A DNA stretch of 64,000 nt from the human T2T-CHM13v2.0 reference genome, Homo sapiens, in assembly GCF_009914755.1 (NCBI RefSeq), contig NC_060927.1; one strand, 5' to 3'. The position numbers and the translations under genes were made by a program. Shown in pieces: positions 57,640 to 64,000 of the stretch (its first letter is position 1; each line of letters starts with the position of its first letter). Under the pieces are notes generated by a model that saw nothing but the letters and a program-made list of their open reading frames with translations, was not told where the DNA came from and ran no database searches.

Positions 57640-58350
57640 TACTTTTTTTCCATTTCCAATTTCTTCCATTTTTAGGCATCCTCAAAGATTGTGGTGGTTT
57701 TGTCATTGAACCTCTAGTTCTTTTGCTCCCCTGAGATGTAATTTTTCTGAGACTGGAGGATTACAAAGGCTTTATATTTTCACAGCATCTCCTAACCTGT
57801 CTTGTTTTCACTTTCCTCCTAACGACGTTTGCTATCCTTTTGCCATTTTGGGGATCATTCTCCTGGTTGGAGAAGGTGGAAGCTAAATAGGCATCGATTG
57901 GTTTTGTTTCCTTTTTGTCATCTGTTACTATTGTACCATGTGTCAACCATAGCCTGCCTTCCCTCATCTTCTTCTGACTCTGAATTTAGCAAAAAGGAAA
58001 AAGGTCCACTATTTTGTCTCGAGAAAGTTTTGCAAACTTGAACTCACTTTGAATATTCAACCTCCTTCTTAGAGATTCAAACCAATCTTCTAATTTAATC
58101 CTTAGTTTTATGTTCCTAATTCCTCCCTGAATCCCTTTCCAGTGTTCATTTAAAATCTGAGCTCATCAAAGAGTGTCCTTTGCAACTACAATGAGTTTTT
58201 TTTTAATCTGTGGCCCTTTAAACCAAATCAGTCCATTTACCAATCATTCACCATTGGTTTATAATTTTGGGCCATATTTACCAACTGTTTTCTCTCTTTG
58301 GTCATTTCCTTTTATGCTAACTGCTTTGTATCTTATGTTACTTTCCTAAA
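57640..58350 (-). mobile_element. CR1/L3 LINE relic, ORF2 EN-RT linker
   Basis: ORF 57761-57967 IVTDDKKETKPIDAYLASTFS resembles CR1 LVTDDEEKAEVLNAFFASVF. The downstream shifted frame SEKLHLRGAKELE resembles GPDxLHPRVLKELA. Confidence 0.72.
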
Positions 58351-58543
58351 CTCTGGGTGCTTGTACATGGTTCACATACATACCTTCACAGGCCTAGCTG
58401 GTAAAAGGTGGAGAACTGGAAAGCCCAAAGCACACCTACAGGGAAGGCAGTCATTACTTAGCTACCTCTGGCTGATTGCCATGCAGGACTGATGGTCCAC
58501 TGTGGTAAAATCCTCTGATTTTAAAAAAGATGCTGAAAATCTG

Positions 58544-58544
58544 A

Positions 58545-58575
<31 letters not shown>

Positions 58576-58690
58576 ACTGCGTGTTTGCAGGGAAGAGAGA
58601 AAGAGAACGAAAGGAAAAGAAGGAGAAAGGAAAGGAGGAAGGAAAGAAGGAGGAAAAAAGGAAACAAGGAAAGAAAAAGAAAAGAGAGAT
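58544..58690 (+). repeat. (TG)n microsatellite followed by a purine-rich GA tract
   Basis: About 14 GT units, then an approximately 100-nt tract of almost pure A/G. Confidence 0.9.
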
Positions 58691-58933
58691 CATTATAATT
58701 TGAATATAAGTAGTTAATACATTTATTTATTTATTCAGGTCAACTATCCACAGAAATTACAAAAACAAAACTTTGTGTGCTAAATTTGGTTTGAGACCTC
58801 TAGGTTTTAACCTTTTATACCTACTATGAATTTATTTTCCTACTCTATCCCCTCTTAGTCCTGGCATTTGGATTTCAACTTTCTTAAAGTATCTTCCATA
58901 ACATCTTGGTGTCACCAACTCACAAGGCTCATC

Positions 58934-58955
58934 TGTGTGTGTGTGTGTGTGTGTG
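58934..58955 (+). repeat. (TG)11 microsatellite
   Basis: Read directly. Confidence 0.9.
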
Positions 58956-59544
58956 AAGGAAATAGATATTGATATTTGGCTTGTTTCCCAACAGCATCTT
59001 CTGGCCTGATATCTTTATGATCACAAAGCAAGAACTTACTTTTATTGAGTATCCACATATACATGGTCCTCAGTCACACAACATGGCTCAGGACATAAAA
59101 CAGGTTATGGAAACACGAACTCTCAGGTGCTAGGTTGTCATGGACCCTTCATCTTCCCTCCCACCCTTGCTGCCCCGGCCACTTCTGTTCTAATGTCTAC
59201 TCATTTCTTTATCATTTATCTTGACTCTAACCTTGCACCTGAATCTTGTTAACTGAATTTGGTCCCCTCATTTTGACCTTTGGTCTTTTCTAGGGACATG
59301 ACTTTAAATCACCTCTGGGTGCTCACTTTTCTTGATTACTGCAGGTTACTACACCAATCCTGATTCTAGTACTGGATGACGGGGATGGTTTCGTAAGTGA
59401 ATATACTCTAACATCCAGTGAAAGGAGATCCCGCCCAAAATCTTCAGTAATCAATTCTGTGTATATTAGAGAATGTACCTTTTCTACAATTTTTTCCAAA
59501 ACAACTTTTCTGAAATCCAAGGTACAAATCAGTTGATATTATTA

Positions 59545-59760
59545 TTAGGTTACATATATTTTTGCTATCCGCTGTCCAAAATGCTTTACAAGTAGTAATT
59601 CATTCAATTCCAAGAACAACCCAATGAACTAGTTATGATTATTTTCAGAAACAGAAACTGAAGCACTGAATGAGTAAGTAACAGGCATTCAGCTAGCATC
59701 AGAGGTAGAATTTGAACCCGGGAAGTTGGACTTCAGAGGCATACCCTTAACAACCACACG
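59545..59760 (-). mobile_element. MIR
   Basis: tgctttaca...tcattcaattcc...aacaacccaatga...gaaactgaagcac...tagaatttgaaccc. Confidence 0.75.
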
Positions 59761-60269
59761 ATATTATCTATCTCTCCCTACTTGTTATAAACTCAAAGAT
59801 GACATCATTCTTTTCTCCCCAGGTTCCCATCATTTCTACCGCTTTCATCAGTTCTTGTGCAGCAGAATGAGGTCCCAGCAGGGTTTTCTCTCATTGCTGC
59901 CTCCACCCTCTGCCTTGTGAGTAATGAAACTATCAGTTCAGCAGGGCTTGTTAAGAACTTTCTGATGCTCCACCTTTAGCAGAATCAGCCTTCCAATAGC
60001 TATATTGATAGTTGAAGCTGCTTCTACTTGCTTCAGCACCAGTTTTCTGCTTTATTGATTATTTACTTTTTATCCCATAGCTCTGAAGTGTCCTTCTAAA
60101 ACTGCATAGATAAATATATACTTTTATTTTTAACGAAATCCTACTCTTCCACTCTATACATTGTCATTTAAGTCCACGTTAAACTGTGTTTATGTACAAT
60201 GCTACTTCCGCTCTTCTTTATTTCGGAGTCTCTCTGACTGACCTTATTCACTCACTTAAGGTTTAAGTG

Positions 60270-60840
60270 GAAACTTATATTTGTGTGGTTTCAAAATCCT
60301 TATTTCTGAGTCCACATGGAGTCCCAAGCTGCACATAAACAAGTGGAAGTAACTCCTGGCCGTATCTTCCCGCAGGCACCTCAAATGCAACACTTCCACC
60401 ACTGAACTCATAATCTCTCCTCCATAACTGCTCCTTTTTTCCAACTATCTGGTTGTCTCATCTAAAAATATTGGCTCCGTTTCCCTGCCCATCTTCATGA
60501 GAAACACATGAAAAGAGTAGTTGGTGATCATCACACCCATTTTCACTTCTCACACACTGTTCTTTGCTCAGTGAGAGTTGGACAATCACCTAACTATAAC
60601 AGTGAGTGTCATCAATACCTTCCATGTTGCCAAATCCATCAGTCACTTTTCTGTCCTTATCTATTTTATCTCTTAGGCACCTTTGATGTAGTTATTCACT
60701 TTTTTCCTTCTTGGTTGTTATGATGCCACACTCTTTTGAATTTCTTATTCTCATATTGGTTGCTCTTTTCAGGTTTCTTAGCTGACTTTTCCTTGGATTG
60801 GCCTCTAAATGTTTAAAGTTTCCCCAGCCGAGTCCTTCAG
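60270..60840 (+). mobile_element. L2 fragments
   Basis: caggcacctcaaatgcaacacttccaccactgaactcat; ccatgttgccaaatccatcagtcacttttctgtccttatc. Confidence 0.65.
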
Positions 60841-60876
60841 TTTTTTTGTTGCTGTTGTTGGTGTTTGTTCGTTTGT

Positions 60877-61040
60877 TAATTGCTGCCACAAAAATACTAC
60901 CACAAATTTAGTGGCTTAAGACAGCATAAATTTATTGTCTTACTGTTCTGCAGGTCAGAAGTCTGACCCAGACCTCCCTGGACTAAACTCAAGATGTCAT
61001 CAGAGGTATGTCCCTTTCTGAAGGGTCTAGAAGAGAACAA
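60877..61040 (-). mobile_element. Partial MaLR LTR (MLT1D-like 3' part)
   Basis: ttgctgcc...taccacaaatttagtggcttaagacagcataaatttattgtcttactgttctgcaggtcagaagtctgac. Confidence 0.75.
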
Positions 61041-61044
61041 TTTT

Positions 61045-64000
61045 CTTGTATTTTCCAGCTGTGTATTCAGAGTTAGCAACCAAATATCTATGTATTTAAC
61101 TTTAAGGATCTTACTTAGGTAAACAACTAAATAGTTACACTCTATCAGAGTGGTTAACAGAAATATAACTAAAATGGTGACTTTGTCTGTACTTCAGGTT
61201 TTATAAATCTATAATTGTTCAAAATAAATTAGGTAAATATAAATAGAATAATTATATTTATAAATAAACTTTTTATGTAACTTAAAACCTTAAAATTATG
61301 TTATGCTGAATTAAATGATAAATACTAATTAGATATCTGAGACATTTTCAAATAAGACAAAATACTAAAACATAAATTACCAAACATAACTATAAGTTTG
61401 TTCTTGGCTTCTTAAATTTTACAGAAAGACTAAATATATTTGGTTTTATTAATACATGTAAAATTTATGTTATGGGAAAAACATATTCCTAAAATTATAA
61501 AATAGCCCTCACATAGAAACCACTGATATGTGACAGACAATTCAAAATTTCTTGCTTCCTAAGTTTTAACTGAAAATTGCTATATTAAAATTAATATAGA
61601 ATTCTGTATACAAAATGTACCAAAAAATGTGGTTTTGACTTAAAAAACTATTTAAAAAGATATAAAAGTATGTTCTTTATTTTTTAAAAGGAATAATTTT
61701 GTCTAATTCAGAGGTTATTTGAAGGTTGTTTTTAAAATATGGGTTTACAAAACAAAAACAAGATTTAAGAGATCACTAAGTAAGAGGAAAAGATACAAAA
61801 ATGTTACATGTATGAAAATATATTTTGGGTATCAAAAAAGTTGTAGAAAGAAAATCATTTTAAATAAACAATAATAATATATGATAGATTTTTGTCCTAA
61901 TGTAAAACGACTGGTCAATTTTTTTTAAAGTATAGGAAAAAGCAGAAAATATAAACATGTCATGAAAAGTCTGAGTAAGTCACAAAAGGTTTGGAAAGGA
62001 CAAATTTATAGAGGAAATTTTGTACATGATCAAGTTGCCTACAATTAAAAGTAAATTATTTTTGTCTTTCTAAATACTGAGCTTTGATATTAAAAATACA
62101 CTAATACAAAAGTATAAATTTGGTCTCCTATATTAGAATAGCAAGGTTTTCCTAAAATGTTAATCTACTCAGTAAAACTTGCAAGAGGTTTTGATTTAAT
62201 TCTAAAGTCTGTTTTTTAAAAAATAAACTTTTCAACCATCTCCTAAACTGTGGATTTACTGTTACCAGCAATGTTTTTCTTGATTCTATACTCTTGGCTT
62301 CTCTTGATGTGTCTAAATTTTTCTATGTAAGCAGGAAATTTCCCATGCTTTTACTAAAAGCCATGTATTTCCCTACTTAAGGTACTACTTTTCTTGTTTG
62401 CATTCTTCTATAATATGAGATACACTAATGACCTTTGGACACACAACTTTCCTATGTCTGATTAAATTCAAGTACCTTTTCATCAAGTTTGACTTCCAGA
62501 TTGCCTAAATGAATTTCTCATAAAGAGAAGCATCACACTACAGGAGGTATTTCTGAAGCCTCTTTGGTAACTGGCCTAAAAAACAGATTTTTATGTTTTA
62601 TCAGAATAATTTCCTATGTTGTCTTTATTGATTACTTAGGAAAACTGAGATTTGAAAGGGTTAAGATATTTGAAAATATATATCCATGAAATGTCTGTGT
62701 TACATTTAAAGCCTTTGGTTATCACTCTGGTTAAATACATGGCTATTACTTCATAGTGACTTGTGATACTATTTTGATCAGGTGTTTTAAATATTTTGGC
62801 ATCTTTGACAGACTTCCTCAGTATCAAAATTGTAAGTTAAGTCTTTCTGATCTAAAATTAACTTTGGGATTTTCCAGTTGAGCCCCTGGAGAGCCTCAAA
62901 GGGTATATTTCTCATCTTGTAAAAATATTGAATGAAGAGGTTTATTTGGCAAATTGTACGGAAAACATTTTCAAATGAAAAGTAATGCTATATTTTCTTT
63001 TGATTACATTTATGAGTATGTTCTTAATATAAACATCCCCAAATTATATAAAACTCTTAAAAATCTAACATGTCATCAGTCATAATTCTGGTTATGATGT
63101 TGATTGCCACATAAATAACCCAATTTCCTTGTCAATTGCTGATTGTAATGAACTTCCATCAGATTTTTAACGATGCTATTCTAAGTCTCTGTCATCTAGT
63201 TTTAATTCTTCTCTAAAAGCATTTACAGTCAGATTCATGGAAAAGACTCTAACAAGTATGCTTAAGTATAGATTCTAATAACTTTGAAACCAATGTACTA
63301 AATACAAAATTTTCTAAACGCTAATAAATAACTGATACATTCATAAAACTGAATCAAAATCAAGCAAAACAAAAATTAGATGATATTTTAACTGATGAGG
63401 TTAATGTTTTTAAATGAAGGCTTTCATTTAAAACAGAGTTTATGACAAGTTTGTAAATCATACTTTTGTGAACAAAGGTAAGAACACTTACTTTTTCTCC
63501 CTACTTGATCCTTCTAAAATTCAGAAACTATTTTTGAATATTCGTAGGGTAATATGGTTATTTACATAAGTTCAATAAAAATCAATTGTCTTTTTATAAC
63601 AGGATACAATTGGAAACATTGGTTATATTACCAGGGTTTTGACTGAAATATCATATTTCAAAATGTACATAAAATGCCCGACTTCAAGGATTCTCAGCCT
63701 TATAGTAAGAAAATAAAAATTGTCACTTTCTGACAGATCCAGAAATCTTTTAAGACTGTAGATGAAATCTAAAGTCAGCCTTGGTTTGGCTCTCTAGCCT
63801 CAAGAGGTTTTTAAATCTGAGATTCCTATGTGATCAATGTAAAGGAAAAGTTATCTCTTTTAAAAAAGCTATATTATGTCTGTTATTAGATTGTTATTAG
63901 AATAAAGCTCTACACATTGTTTTCAAGTTCTTGCTATCTATCAATAGACTAGATTCTGAATTCTTCTAGATTCCTCAAATTCATTTTTTTCTACAAAATT
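61045..64000. mobile_element. ERV1 MER4-group non-autonomous internal sequence, running off the window end
   Basis: AT-rich motifs typical of MER4/MER34-type internals (aaataaattaggtaaat, ttatttacataagttcaataa, aggatacaattggaaacattggttatattacca, cctcaagaggtttttaaatctgagattcctatgtgatc). No ORF. Confidence 0.7.

Overview
AT-rich, repeat-dense, non-coding primate DNA, most likely human or great ape given the AluY and L1PA2-type elements. No host protein-coding gene, CpG island, rRNA, tRNA or CRISPR array is supportable. The only real protein-like ORFs in the track are dead L1 ORF2 fragments; the rest are Alu/LTR read-throughs or chance ORFs. The window holds about 10 Alus, several L1s of very different ages, MaLR/ERVL solo LTRs, an ERV1 internal relic, MIR/L2/MER5 fragments, a U6 snRNA retrocopy, and two ancient relics recognised only by hand translation (a hAT-type DNA transposase and a CR1/L3 reverse transcriptase). 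I did not find a new biological system. The best leads are mechanistic footprints of retrotransposition: a U6 retrocopy and an L1 sharing a thrice-copied target site, a twin-primed L1 with extra template switches, and a poly(A)-only insertion with a perfect 16-bp TSD. There is also a candidate recursive splice site (AG|GTGAGT). Subfamily names come from remembered consensus diagnostics, not database searches, and the boundaries of old repeats are approximate.
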